Positions 49,173-61,393 of a DNA stretch of 64,000 nt are shown here, piece after piece. Source of the DNA: Heptranchias perlo (lineage: Eukaryota); contig NC_090357.1 in NCBI RefSeq assembly GCF_035084215.1, positions 19,158,001-19,222,000 of the forward strand. Reading direction: 5' to 3'. The position numbers and the translations under genes are program-made. The stretch's first letter is position 1. Every line of letters starts with the position of its first letter. The notes beneath the pieces are model-generated. The model was not told the origin of the DNA and made no database searches. It saw only the letters and a program-made list of their open reading frames with translations.

Positions 49173-50340
49173 ATGGGGAACGCCATGGCTGCATTCATCA
49201 CTTCATCCGAGGACAAGCAACATCACCAGCCTCGCCAGGCACGCCATCCACCTCCTCCGCATGGAGCTCCACAACACAGTGCTGCGCCACACGCACCTGT
49301 ACAACAGCAGGGAGGGCAAGAACAGAGAGAACGGCATCGCAGGAGGCACTACCCTCGCCACAGGGTCTACAGACCGAGGCTCAGCTTCCTGGACCTCCCT
49401 GAGGAGCAGTGCATACGGAGGCTCAGAGTCAGCCGTCAGGTAGTCGCGGACATCTGCAGCCTCCTTCATGCCGAGCTGCTCCCGGCTGGCCCGAGCAGCA
49501 TCTTCTTACCTGTCGCTGTCAAAGTCACCACTGCCCTCAACTTCTTCGCCTCCGGATCCTTCCAGGGTGCCACCGGGGACATCGCCGGGGTCTCTCAATC
49601 GTCTGCACACACGTGCATAAGGCAGGTTACAGATGGCTTGTTTTGCAGGTCCTCACACTATATCAACTTCCCCATGGATGACCTCAGCCAGATGGAGAGG
49701 GCAGTGGGATTCCACGCTGTGGCTGGCTTCCCACGGGTGCAGGGTGTAATCGATTGCACCCATATAGCAATACGAGCACCTCCACATGAGCCAGAACTGT
49801 TCATCAACAGTAAGGGCTATCACTCCATCAATACTCAGCTCATCTGTGACCACCGCAAGAGATTCCTTCACATGTGCGCCAGATACCCTGGCAGCTGCCA
49901 CGATTCCTTCAACCTCCGGGAGTCCAACTTCCCGCCCCTTTTCCACGCACCAAACATCCCTAAGGACTGGCTCCTCGGGGACAAGGGATACCCCCTGCAG
50001 ACATGGCTCATGACACCTCTGAGGAACTCCACCATCGAGCAACAGCGTCGCTATAACGACAGCCACATTGCTACCAGGTCTACAATTGAGCATGCTATCG
50101 GGCTGCTCAAGATGCGCTTTAGGTACCTTGATCGTTCTGTGGGAGTGCTTCAATTCGCACCAGATAGAGTGGGACGCATTATAGGCCCCATCCACATCTG
50201 TCACCCATATTGAGGAGGCAGAGGAGGAGGAGGCCGAGGAGGAGGAGGCCGAGGAGGAGCAGCAAACCATGGGCAGAACAGCAGCTCACCTGGCTGCTCG
50301 TGAGGCCAGGGAGTCACTGATATGTGAACGGTTCTCCTAA
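49173..50340 (+). pseudogene. Harbinger DDE transposase, copy D (open for 346 aa, then a deletion of the CCxLHN helix shifts the frame)
   Basis: IDCTH, LGDKGY and [12 protein letters not shown] are present. After GRII the VVCCALHN segment seen in copy B is missing. Confidence 0.9.
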
Positions 50341-50656
50341 CATCAGACAGTGTGAAGAGTCCAGTCCTCACCACCTGGACAGCGGAGCGGCCACATCAGC
50401 CCCCTCCCCCACCCCCTGCACAAAATAGTCATGCAACTACACCTACACCCACTGTAGACTGACCCAATGGGTGGCATCAAGTGTGGGTGTTCATTGTGAA
50501 CCTCATGAAAGGGAGTTATTGCACAAGCCAGTCAAGAATGGGCAAGATGTGGCAGTAGTGGTGATAATAATAAGATTTATTGTGAATGGAAAACAAAACA
50601 AATATAAATAAAAAACATGACAAAGCGTCAAACAACCTTATGCATCCCCTTTGTGC

Positions 50657-52509
50657 TCACAAAACCTTTGGCTTACGCTTCCTACTACTCCTACATGGTG
50701 CTTCCCCTGTGGCTGCAGCAGAGGTAGTGGCAGGTTGCTCTTGTTTATGCCCTGACCGATTAGATGCTTTGGGCTGATGCCCTCTGGGTTTCGGTGCCCG
50801 TGAGGGCCCTTCCAAAGACTGCTCCACCTGCACCTGTGTAGGGGCAGACTCGACCACCTGGAGAGGAGGCAGCATTGCGGGTATTGGTTGAGAGGGGGGC
50901 AACGGGTGAGATGTGGAAGTGCTTTGAATGGCGACCCCACTTCCATGTCCCCTTTCACCATCATCCCTCTCCTGGCCAAGGCCCACATCACTCCTACCAC
51001 GCTGCTGGACGATAGTTTGGAGGACATGTGGGAAGCCTTGTAAGGCCAGTGCTAGTGTATCTGCCTGCCTGTTAAAGTCTGCATAAAGTTGCTCACCTTG
51101 AGTCCGAAGGGCCGTTGTCAGGGCCTCAATGGCCTCGTTGTTGAGCCGTGCTTGAAGCTCAATGAAGGCTAGCCTTCCCTCCATCGCTGACATTCCCGCT
51201 CTTACCCGCGATACTATCTCAGAGATGCCCTCATGTCCCGGTGACAGTATCTCAGAGATTCCCTCCTGTACCTGTGCCACCATTCCACTCATGCAGGAGT
51301 TGGACTCCTCCATCCTCTGCACGATTGTGGAGAGTGCGCGTGGCACCTGTTCCAGCATCTCGCAAATGTGCTGCTGCCCTTCGATCATTCTCCTTTTAAT
51401 GGATGGCCCCCAGGATTCAGCATCTGTGTCCAGCTGAGCAGAGCCTGGAGAAGAATGCTCCCACTGACGTGGACTCTCCACAGCTGCCCCTGCCACCAGT
51501 GTCTGCTCGTGCTCACTTGTGTGTGGTGACTCACCACGTACAACCCCAACTAATTGACGACGGGGACCCACCGAGGTGTGTATATCTGCGCTGGTGGATG
51601 CCTCGCTCAGATTTGACGGTGCCCCCTCAGAGGCCGATAGGTCCTCTGAGGAATCGCCCTCCGCCGTCACGGCAGTCGCTGAAGGCCGTGTAAGAGAACA
51701 GAAGGCAATATTAAGCATGATGACAGATGTTGAGATGCTGAAGATGGCAAGGCATATTAACATCATTTGCTATTGTGAGTGCTGAATGTTAAAGTTCTGT
51801 CACCAGCCGTTTGTCGGGTGGCAGTCTCGGCGTCCCCCACGGACAGGCACTCGAGGGTGCGGCTCAATTCGAGAGCGTCCTCTCCGCATCCGTGAGCATC
51901 ACCAGATGTTGTGGCCCCCCTCTGGTCTTCGCCCTCTCCCGTGCATTGTGGGCTCTCTTCTCCTATAAGGGGAGAAAGTAGAGAGGCATGAGTGAGTGAT
52001 GGTGAGATGGCCAATCGCTGAATGCATTGGTTTGGGTGAGGGTGACCGTGAAAGAGATGCATCAGAGGGTGAGTATGAGACAGAGCCATGAGATTGTATG
52101 AGGATTGGGTTGAGTGGTAGTGGTGGGATGAGTACTGGCGAGGTGAATAAGTGCAGTTAAGTTGAGGATGAGGTTTGAGTGGGTGTGAGGAGTGATGTGA
52201 TAGAGTAGTGTTGGCAGTGAAGAATGAGTTGGGGGGTGGGGCGGTGATGTTGAAGTCAGTATGTAGGAGAATGAGTAAGTGTACTCACTTTGGCTGACCT
52301 AGTTAGGTCATTAAAGCGCTTCCTGCACTGGATCCAGTGCGCGAAATGTTGCTGCTGCTGCTGACCTCCTCTGCCACCTCGAGCCACGCCTTCTTGGTGG
52401 CAGAGGAAGGCCACTTCCTCCCATCGGCCGGATAGAATATGTCCCTCCTCCTCCCCTGGAGTGAGGCATCATTAAACCTGGGAGCAGCCTTTCCCCTGGG
52501 CTGCTCTAT
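50657..52509 (-). pseudogene. Harbinger Myb/SANT-like gene, copy D
   Basis: Exon 3 is open (ORF 50657-51766). The start codon reads ATA, and exons 1-2 carry deletions and frameshifts. Confidence 0.82.
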
Positions 52510-53072
52510 GCCGCTGCCTTGGTTCTTCGCTGCAGGAGCAGCATTGGAGGACTGCCCCTTTAACTAGGATTCCTCCAGCTCACCGCCAGTGACGCAGGTG
52601 CACAGTCCGCCCACTGCGCAGATTTCCAACGGGAAAACCGGAAGCCAAGGTAAGTGGCTTCAATTTACTTGCAATCGCGTGGGGAACCCACCGATTTTAC
52701 TGGGCGGGTTACCCACTCGCCCAATCGACCCCCCGCTGCCAACCCGCCTTCCTGGTAATATCGGGGCCTAGGTGTGGGACTTCAATGTCCATCATTAAGA
52801 GTGGCTCACTAGTACCACCAGTAACCGAGCTGGCCAAGTCCTGAAGGACATAGCTGCTAGACTGGGCTTGCAGCAGGTGGTGAGAGAACCAAAACGAGGG
52901 AATAACCTACTTGACCTCGTCCTCACCAATCTACCTGTCGCAGATGCATCGGACCATGGCAGTATTGGTAGGAGTGACCACCGCACAGTCCTCGTGGAGA
53001 CCAAGTCCCATCTTCACACTGAGGACACCTTCCATCGTGTCATGTGCCACTATCGCTGTGTTAAATGAGATA

Positions 53073-53151
53073 ATTGTAAACAATTTTACAACACCAAGGT
53101 ATAGTCCAACAAATTTATTTTAAATTCCACAAGCTTTCAGAGGCTTCCTCC
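53073..53151 (-). mobile_element. 79-bp Penelope-like tail insertion with a 12-bp TSD
   Basis: Reverse complement matches 165-240. Flanked by ttaaatgagata at 53061-53072 and 53152-53163. Confidence 0.8.
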
Positions 53152-55196
53152 TTAAATGAGATAGATTAAGAACAGATCTAGCAGCTTAAAACTGGGCATC
53201 CATGAACTGCTGTGGGCCATTGGCAACAGCAGCAGCAGAATTGTATTCCACCATAATCAGTAACCTCATGGTCCAGGATGTCCCTCACTCCTCCATCACC
53301 ATCAAACCAGATGACCTAGGCTGGCTCAATGAGGAGTCTAGAAGAACATGCCAGAAACAACACCAGGTGTACTTGAAACAAGAGGAGGAGGCTCCGTGAA
53401 CATCCCCATCCTCTATGATGGTGGATCCCAGCATGCGAGTGCAAAAGACAAGGCTGAAGTGTTCGTAGCCATCTTCAGCCAGAAGTGCAGAATGGATGAT
53501 CCTTATTGGCCACCTGCTGAGGTCCCCACCATCACAGATACATGTCTTCGGCCAATTCGATTCACTCCACGTGCTGTCAAAAAACGGCTGAGTGCAATGA
53601 ACACAATAAATGCTATGGGCCCTGACAATATCCCAGCGGTTGTGATGAAGACCTGTGCTCCAGGCCTAACCTTGCCTTTAGCTAAGCTGTCTCTGTACAG
53701 CTACAACATTGGCATCTACCCGACAATGTGGAAAATTGCCCAGGTACGTCCTGTCTGTGAAAAAGATATTGGGGTCACTTTTAACTTGCCAAAATTGATA
53801 TTAACGGGCCGGTAATGGCCTCAAAGTGTGGTTGGAAGGCTTCCCACCCCGTTCACGCCAATGATCAGCCCACTTCCACATTCAATGGGGCCTACTGCTG
53901 GGCAGAAGACCCTGCCTGTTCCAGGCAGTAGGCCCCTTTTAATAAGCAAATCGGGGTCCTATGACGTACATAGGGTGCTGATTGCCATTTTAGAATAGAA
54001 TTGGTCAGAGCATGTACCACGCAGTCTCCGACCAATTTCACAGACAATAAAGACGCAGAGGCCCTGGAACGATAAGTTTTAAATGAACTTTTGTGGGGCC
54101 ATGAGGAACAGGAATGATTTTCAACCATATTCTCACGGGACACTTATAATATCCAAGTGGATATAAAAAGAAGTTCCTCTTCCTGGTTACAATTAAGATG
54201 TTACCTGGTGGTGGACAACAGCTTAGGGAATATGAAACAACAAATGATACAAAAATGGTCAGCTTTGTCCAAAAACATTAAAAAATTTTAATAGCTCTGC
54301 TTTTATTTTTTGCTTATACCATGATTAAAAAGCATTCAATAGAAAGATGGCAGATAACTAACTTCACAAAATGCCTCTGCTTTGTAATAAATGTGCAGAA
54401 TAAACATGGCACAATCATTTCTTTCCAAGACAAGTCTCTGCATGTTATTTGAACTTAAATTCTATCAATGCATATTTGAAGAGTCAGACGTGAAACCAGA
54501 CTGAGGGAACCAAACTAAATGAAATCATCCATTGTCATAACCACAGATTACCCAAGAAAAAAAAAGGAAACATGTGATCCACTAGCATACATTAAACTGT
54601 GCCATACTACCATTAAATTAAATTTGTTTTAACATATTTGATAAAGATGATTTCCTGTGAAAGTGAATAGTGAAGCTCGATTGCACTTTTATTGTCCATT
54701 TGGTACCTTTGTAATATTTTAGTTTAAACATAATTGCACCGCGTACGTCTCCTTTCAGATAATTTTACCTTTTCAAAAAGATTACCAGAAGAAGCACAAA
54801 TAGCATCACACTGTTGGTCCAGTGAACCTGCAGCTATCAAGTTTTCTTGTGAAATTTTGGAAAAAAAAATAATTCAAGTCCTGAGTTATTTTTCTAAGAA
54901 AGTCTGCTGTCTGGAAGCAAATCTGTGTGGTCTTCTTTCATCTCCTGCAAGGGGAGGGCTTGCAATCAGTAACCATAGCTCAAGTCTCAATGACTGCCAA
55001 AAAGTCAAATCGTGCACTTCAAAATATTTAATCAGATCGAGTTCCCTGTATATGGTATCATGGCTAGTATCCAGCAGTGTATTGCATTCAAGTATAGAAT
55101 GAACTGCGTCGAGACTGGGATCATGGTGCTATACCCACTGCTTCCTATTTGTAAAGAGCAGAACAGTTTTATATTCGATGAGAACGGGGGTTGCGA

Positions 55197-57350
55197 GGGG
55201 GGGATTTTAACCCCCAAGAACGGGTGGGTTGGGGGCGGGGGAGAAGTTAAAATAATTGATTTTTCCAGTGCAACCCGGCTCCATCACGCCCACTTCTGGG
55301 TTTAACGGAGGTGCTTTTAGACACATGCGAGGAACCCACTTGCCGGAGGCAGCTCCATAATTAGTGCAGGCAGGCGGGTACTAATGGGAGCTATTTACAT
55401 CATTACGCGACGTTAAGTAGGTGTTTTTCCAATTGAATTAAAAATATATTTGAATTAATGCTTCCAGGACGGGTGTCCCGGGGCTGGTGAATCCAGCCAG
55501 TGAACCAGAGGTGAGATTGAACCGCAGTTCATGGGGTTTTTTAAATTGTGATTGCCGATATGAGAAAAAGCTCAGTGATTACAGCTGGTGCCTCTGTTCC
55601 CTCCAGCAAACCTTTGGTAGAGAATTCTTGTGTTCATACAGTGTTTTCAGAACTTTGGAGGCTTTCAAATGGACAAGATCAGGATGGGTGATGCCATGGA
55701 TGTATTTGGTAGGACATCGGAGGAGGAAGACAATGACCATCCACGACAGCGACATAGTGCATGTTGAAGATGCGCTTCAGATGCCCAGATTGGCCTGGAG
55801 GCACCCTTCAGTACGTACCAGCGAGGGTATCGAGAGTTGTAGTGATGCGCTGCGTCCTGCGCAACATACCACAGCAGAGAGGATTAGAGGTGGAGGACGA
55901 CGAAGGCACTCGTCAATCATCCTCTGATGATGAGAACATTGAAGAAGAGAGGAGGAGGACAATGAGCAATATGAAGATGAGACACCTGTCGCCAGACCAG
56001 CCGCGTACATTGCTGCCAGGGATGCCCTCATATCTCAAAGGTTCACTTGGACAGAGTGGGGAAAAGAAACATTGAGATACTCCGGGCTGCTCCCACCATC
56101 ACCGATGCTCCCCCCGCCTTTGCACAAAACAGTCCTTCAACCATGCAAACACCCATTGCACAACCGCCCAACGGGTCCCGTCATATATTGACATTCATCA
56201 TGAAGCAAATGAAAGGACGAGTTGGCACTTGGGGTGCAATAATGGTCAAGGTGTGGAAGTGGCGCTATTAAATTTTATATGCTGAGATTAAAAAAGGGAA
56301 ATTTCACAACATAACATTTCCTCAAACACCCACGCGCATACCCTTGGTGAACTGTGAATCACCAGGTGAAAACCCAACCGTCTAGCAGGACTCATTTGCA
56401 CTGGTACATGGTTGAATGTCCTGTGACGGTCCACCCTCAGAAGGAATGAGGTCCTCTGAGGAATTGTTGTTATGCATCTCTGCAGATTCTTCTTGTACCC
56501 GTGAAGGTCCTGGAAGACAAAAGCGATGTGAATTAGTCCTGCCAAAGTAACAATCTTGCCAATCACCACACTCAGGCTTCTTATAATCCAGTCATTGATG
56601 AAATAAAGATCATGTATTCACCCGATGAATGCAGTGCATTGGGTGAGGGTGACTATCAGATAGATGCATCACATTGTATCAGGATTGGGGTGAGTGGCAG
56701 CAGGTGGATGGATACATGGGGAGATGAGGAAGTACATAGGAAGTGAAGGATGTGGGCTGCTGAAACTTAAGTGGGTGTGAGGAGTGATGTGGTGGAGTAG
56801 GCTTGGCAAGACGGAGTGAAAGGGGGGCATTGTACACCACAGGATGTGGGTGAATCAGCAACTGGACTCACTTTTCCTGATCTGGTTAGGTCATTAAAAC
56901 GCTTCCTGCACTGCATCCAAAAATGGGCCAAAAAAAAGCTGCTCACCTCCTCAGCCACCTCCAGCCAGGTCTTCTTGGTAACAGAAGCAGGTTTCCTCCT
57001 CCCATTGCTGGGGTAAGTTATGGCCCTCCTGCTCCTCACTGCACCCAGCAGTACTTCAACGGAAGCATTGGTAAATCTGCGCTTTGTGAAACCATGCGTA
57101 AATTCCTCATGTCTCCTCCAAATATCATTTTTGCATTGGCCCTTTGAATAGTGGACTTCAGATCATGTCATGCGGGTGCACGGTACACCCGCTGTGCAGC
57201 TTGGAGACGCGAAACCCAGAAGAAAAGAAATGTAATCCTTCAATTAAGTTGCAATCGCAGAATCCGACCCGCTAACCTTACTTCCAGGTTCCGCGTCTGG
57301 AAAAAATTCCCCCCGGCTCACTTCCCGGCTCAGAGTAAATGTCAGAGCCC
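55197..57350. mobile_element. PIF/Harbinger copy E, older diverged subfamily with internal deletions
   Basis: Transposase tail MLKMRFRC...GGTLQY (55761 onward, +) and Myb exon 1 KKTWLEVAEEV...QCRKRFNDLTRSGK (57039-56871, -). Termini are degraded, so boundaries are approximate. Confidence 0.8.
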
Positions 57351-60300
57351 AGGAGTCTGGCACAGTGTTTAAAAAAGGTTGCTAAATAAATTTGTACGGC
57401 TAATGACTTCATGTATTTTGCTTGACTGCGATGACTAGTAGATACGCACAGCTTATCAAGTATGCAAACATTGTCTGGGAAGCTAACAGCTGCTGTAGTT
57501 GTTTGATTTCGATGAAACCAGTGAGCTTCAGTCTCTTTAAAGGGTATTGTGCTTCTGGAAAAGATTGGTACTTCCTTTTTTGTGTATGCAAACAAAAAAT
57601 GAAGTGATCTAATTTATGTAAATACATCAGCTTCTTCACATTGGATCCATGCTGTCTGACAAGGACTTTGGACTTTGCCGAAACCAAACCAAACGTATAA
57701 AGTAGCAGGTGTTGTCCTGTGCATTCTGGCTGAAGAAAAATAAACATTTACAGATTGCACGAGTATAAGCATTACCTCGAATACAGATTGGCTTTCAAAG
57801 TAGGGCCGACTTCTCAGAGCTGAGAAGTATATAAAAAAACCAATATTTTTTGTTTTGACATGAAACCCACAGAGTGCACATCTATAGAATTCCTGTGAAG
57901 ACTGTATGTTGGGTGTACTGAGGAACAAGAGAGTTAAGTACCTTTCTCAAGCCCTGCAGAAAGAATCAAAGGAACTCATGACTGGTTTCTCTGTTGAACC
58001 TTTTGTGAACTGGCTGCTGTATTTTGAACGGATTTCAAATCTGGCTTAAAAATGATTTTTTGGGAATGTTAGAGAAATCAGCTTAGAGCTATTTGTCTCT
58101 GCCAGGAATTAAGGTTCTGACGGCAGAGGGATTTTACAGGGCGGGGGGATAAAGGAGTGAGGGGATCATGTAGGGTGTGTGGAAGCCTGGTAGCGGGCAG
58201 CACACCCGGAAAGCTCGGGGACATAGCGGCCCTGCTAATCATAACGGCAAGGCCTCAATTAAATAAAATGTCCCAGCCTCCTGCCCAACACCCAGCCAGG
58301 TTTACTGCCTGGCCTGTGGTCAGGAGCGGGAATTTGGCGCAGGAGGCCGCAGCCAGGGACCCATGGGAATCAGTAATTGCATCAATTTCTCCACCCGAAC
58401 TAAGTTTTCTGGTTTGTGGGGTACATCCTGTATCTACGATTATTGAAAAATGCAATAGATTTTAAAAACGCAAGCAGATAGGATTTACATTAGGCTAAGT
58501 GCACAACTTTGCTCTTACGTACCCTGCAGTAGGGCTGTCCTTTAATCGGTCACTCAGCAACTGCCTTGAAGAGGTCATTAACACATAGAAACTACATTTT
58601 TAAATCTTTCCTCAGTTGCCATAGATACAGGATGGCCCCAGAACACAGCATTCATTTATTTTAAAATAATGGACATGTTGTACTATTAAAAAACATAGAA
58701 TTCACTCTCTACAACACGTCAGCTGTGCATCATTGATGACAATGAAGTCAGTCTGTTTCCAAGTGGTTATTGGCTTCCATTTTTCTGCTGCTGAGCATTT
58801 GCTGTGCTTTTACAAATACTAATTAAAACCAAAGTGTTGAAAACAAACACTCATCAGCACCAGTGTGCGTGCTGTGTACGTGTCCACAGTATATTTGATC
58901 ACTATCCTCATCTATGAAAATTAGAATTTTATTATCTTTCTTTTATCCCATTTCAAATATTTAGAAATGCAGCCCAAATCGTATGACAAGTCATATAATG
59001 CCAGCAGCTGCTCGGCAATTCAGTACACACCCAGTTACTGGAGGATTGCCAGCATCTCACCCAAGTGGTCACTCTTCATGTACGAACTTATGCTGCGAGC
59101 GTTAATGTGCTCAGAAGCTGATGTCATCCTCTCCGGATGTGCACACACTATATTTATTTGCGAGGGTCACCGAGTAACGATTACATATGGTTCCAGTCAT
59201 ACATCCCAATCGTGGCAAACACATAGTCACTGTTGGAGGAGCACTTGCTAAGTACCCTCGCTGGGGGTTAGTCTGCACGGTCGGTTGATCTGAGCTAAGG
59301 CTGTGGGGGAGGGAATGCTGCAACTGGAAAACAAATAAATGGTTCTTCTTCTGACAGCCATGTATTTAAAATGGAACAGATTTTGCAGAAAAAATAATGG
59401 CATCTGAAAGACACACACCGTTATTAATGCGCAAATCGGCCAGCAACTTGAAGCGAGGAAGAAATACTCCGTGAATTGCGAATCGCCACAAGTTAGCTTC
59501 GCGAAAAGGCATCTCGTGCTTAACCTCCCAGTGATTTCCATGAGATTGCTACATTTGTAAATTAATTGCCCATTAAACTTGCCACAAAAAGTCAGGTAAT
59601 TAACAGGGCAAGTACCCTTTTAACATGATAAATGTTAATGATTAGCAATCAGCCTCTCTTGTCCAGAAAGTAAACAATTAAGTGTGGAATCTCATTCCTT
59701 CAGGTTGCAAATTGTTTTGGGAGATTTTAAAAATCTTAATCTTTCTGTACCTGATTTGACATTGAATTCACTCTCTCTAATTCACCCTCCTTCTCAGTCC
59801 TTCCTCTGTTTATTTCTCAATCCTTTAATCTCATTGGTTAAAGAGATACACTGTTTGTCCCGTCCTTCACCAAGGGCCCAGATGTCCTGGCTGTGCCATT
59901 ATCAGTTCGCACTTCTGGCCAATTTTTGGGCAAAAAAAATTTTAAAAGCTAAATGTGCAATTGTTAGTCTAACAGGGCATTCCACAAGATGCTCCACTCA
60001 AGCAAAATCTGGCCTTTTGAATCGATGGTGTACTAGTAATCATCAGGGAAGCACCAGATTGGTCTCATGGCTGAAGACTCAAACACTAAACCATGGCAAG
60101 ACTATCAAGATCAATGGAGCTTTCCTCAAGCAGGAATTACAACTCCCAAGGCAAGATGAGAAAAAATACAAATTGTCACGAAGTATGTTCAGATTGACTG
60201 ATATCCTCGTGGGCCTTTTCTGTTTCTTTCATTTGATCTTCTCTGAACAGATTTACAGAATTTAAAGTTCATTCCAGAATTAGAAGGGGATCAGGTGCCT

Positions 60301-61393
60301 AAAGCAATAAGTCACTGAATTAACCTCACTAATCACCTGGTTATTACCGAAGGACATTCAGTAATTTTCACAATTTAACTATTAATTTAGTTATCTACCA
60401 GAGTCAGAATCTGTAACTTCCTCCATCCCATGTTGCAAGAAAAGCTTGTTTGCAGAGACGGGGGCGGGGGGGGGGAACAAATGTGGAAGTAACTTAAAGA
60501 CACAAGCATGGCATGGGACTCGGTCATACAGACCAAAGCGACCCTTCAGTCATATATAATGTACTCGCCCTATCTCAACACAAGTAAAATGAGATTTTAG
60601 AAGTCTTGTGTATTGCTCCAACCTCCTGTAAGTTGCATTTTAGTGTACCGTGACTTACCGCAGACCACAAAATCTCAGGAGTCCTAAATATATTTCCTGC
60701 TAGAACTGCAAAGAATTTTCATGCAAGAGATAAATGAAAGTAATGGAGGGGGCTGAGTCAAAGCCACAGCTAGTTAAACAGATCAAACAAGGCTAGAAAA
60801 GTTGAGTCTGTCGTACTTCAGTGTCAAAAGGTTTAAAAAAAAGACGTACATGCTGCTTTCTTCCAACCAGATGGCATGAATTTACAAGCACCTGTCAATC
60901 TGTAGACTAACCTTACTAACAGATGGCATCTAATTGACCTTAGGACATTTTGGGCTTTACTGACATTTCCTGGAGAATTTTGTGAATTTACAACATTATT
61001 TACATCTTAAATGCAGCATTTAAAGCCAATCAACATGAAATCTAGATTACTGCCACAGCCATCCTGAATGTTAATTTGGAAATAATGGGAAATCTTTGAG
61101 TATGTTCCATAACAGTTCACACGCTGGTGATTGTATCCCAACCAGGATCTATACTGACAGACCAGCAATCAGACTGTTTATTTTACATTAGCTTTGAGAC
61201 TGCATCTCAGCCATGATCCGAACTCACTGGAACATTGGAAGTGTTGGATTCTTACATTCTCAAAGCCTTTTGAAAATACAGTCTTGCCTTTGATAAGTCA
61301 GTCCTGGAGACAAAGGCACTTAACTCAATGGGCAGCAAACTCCATAACACGTGAAAGCAAGCTGATGGCCATCTGTGGCGTTAGACAAGTATT

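Larger units (their letters stand above)
48639..52768. mobile_element. PIF/Harbinger copy D, full span, decayed
   Basis: Termini GGGGTCGATTTTA and TAATATCGGGGCC with flanks cag/tag. Both genes are present. Confidence 0.92.
47912..53762 (+). mobile_element. LINE 5' part (APE to pre-RT; CR1/L2 group), split by Harbinger copy D and a short Penelope tail
   Basis: IVILTESYL near 48380. The GDFN motif resumes at 52775. LDLVLTN, SDH and GPDNIP...WKIAQV follow (52868-53760). Confidence 0.75.
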
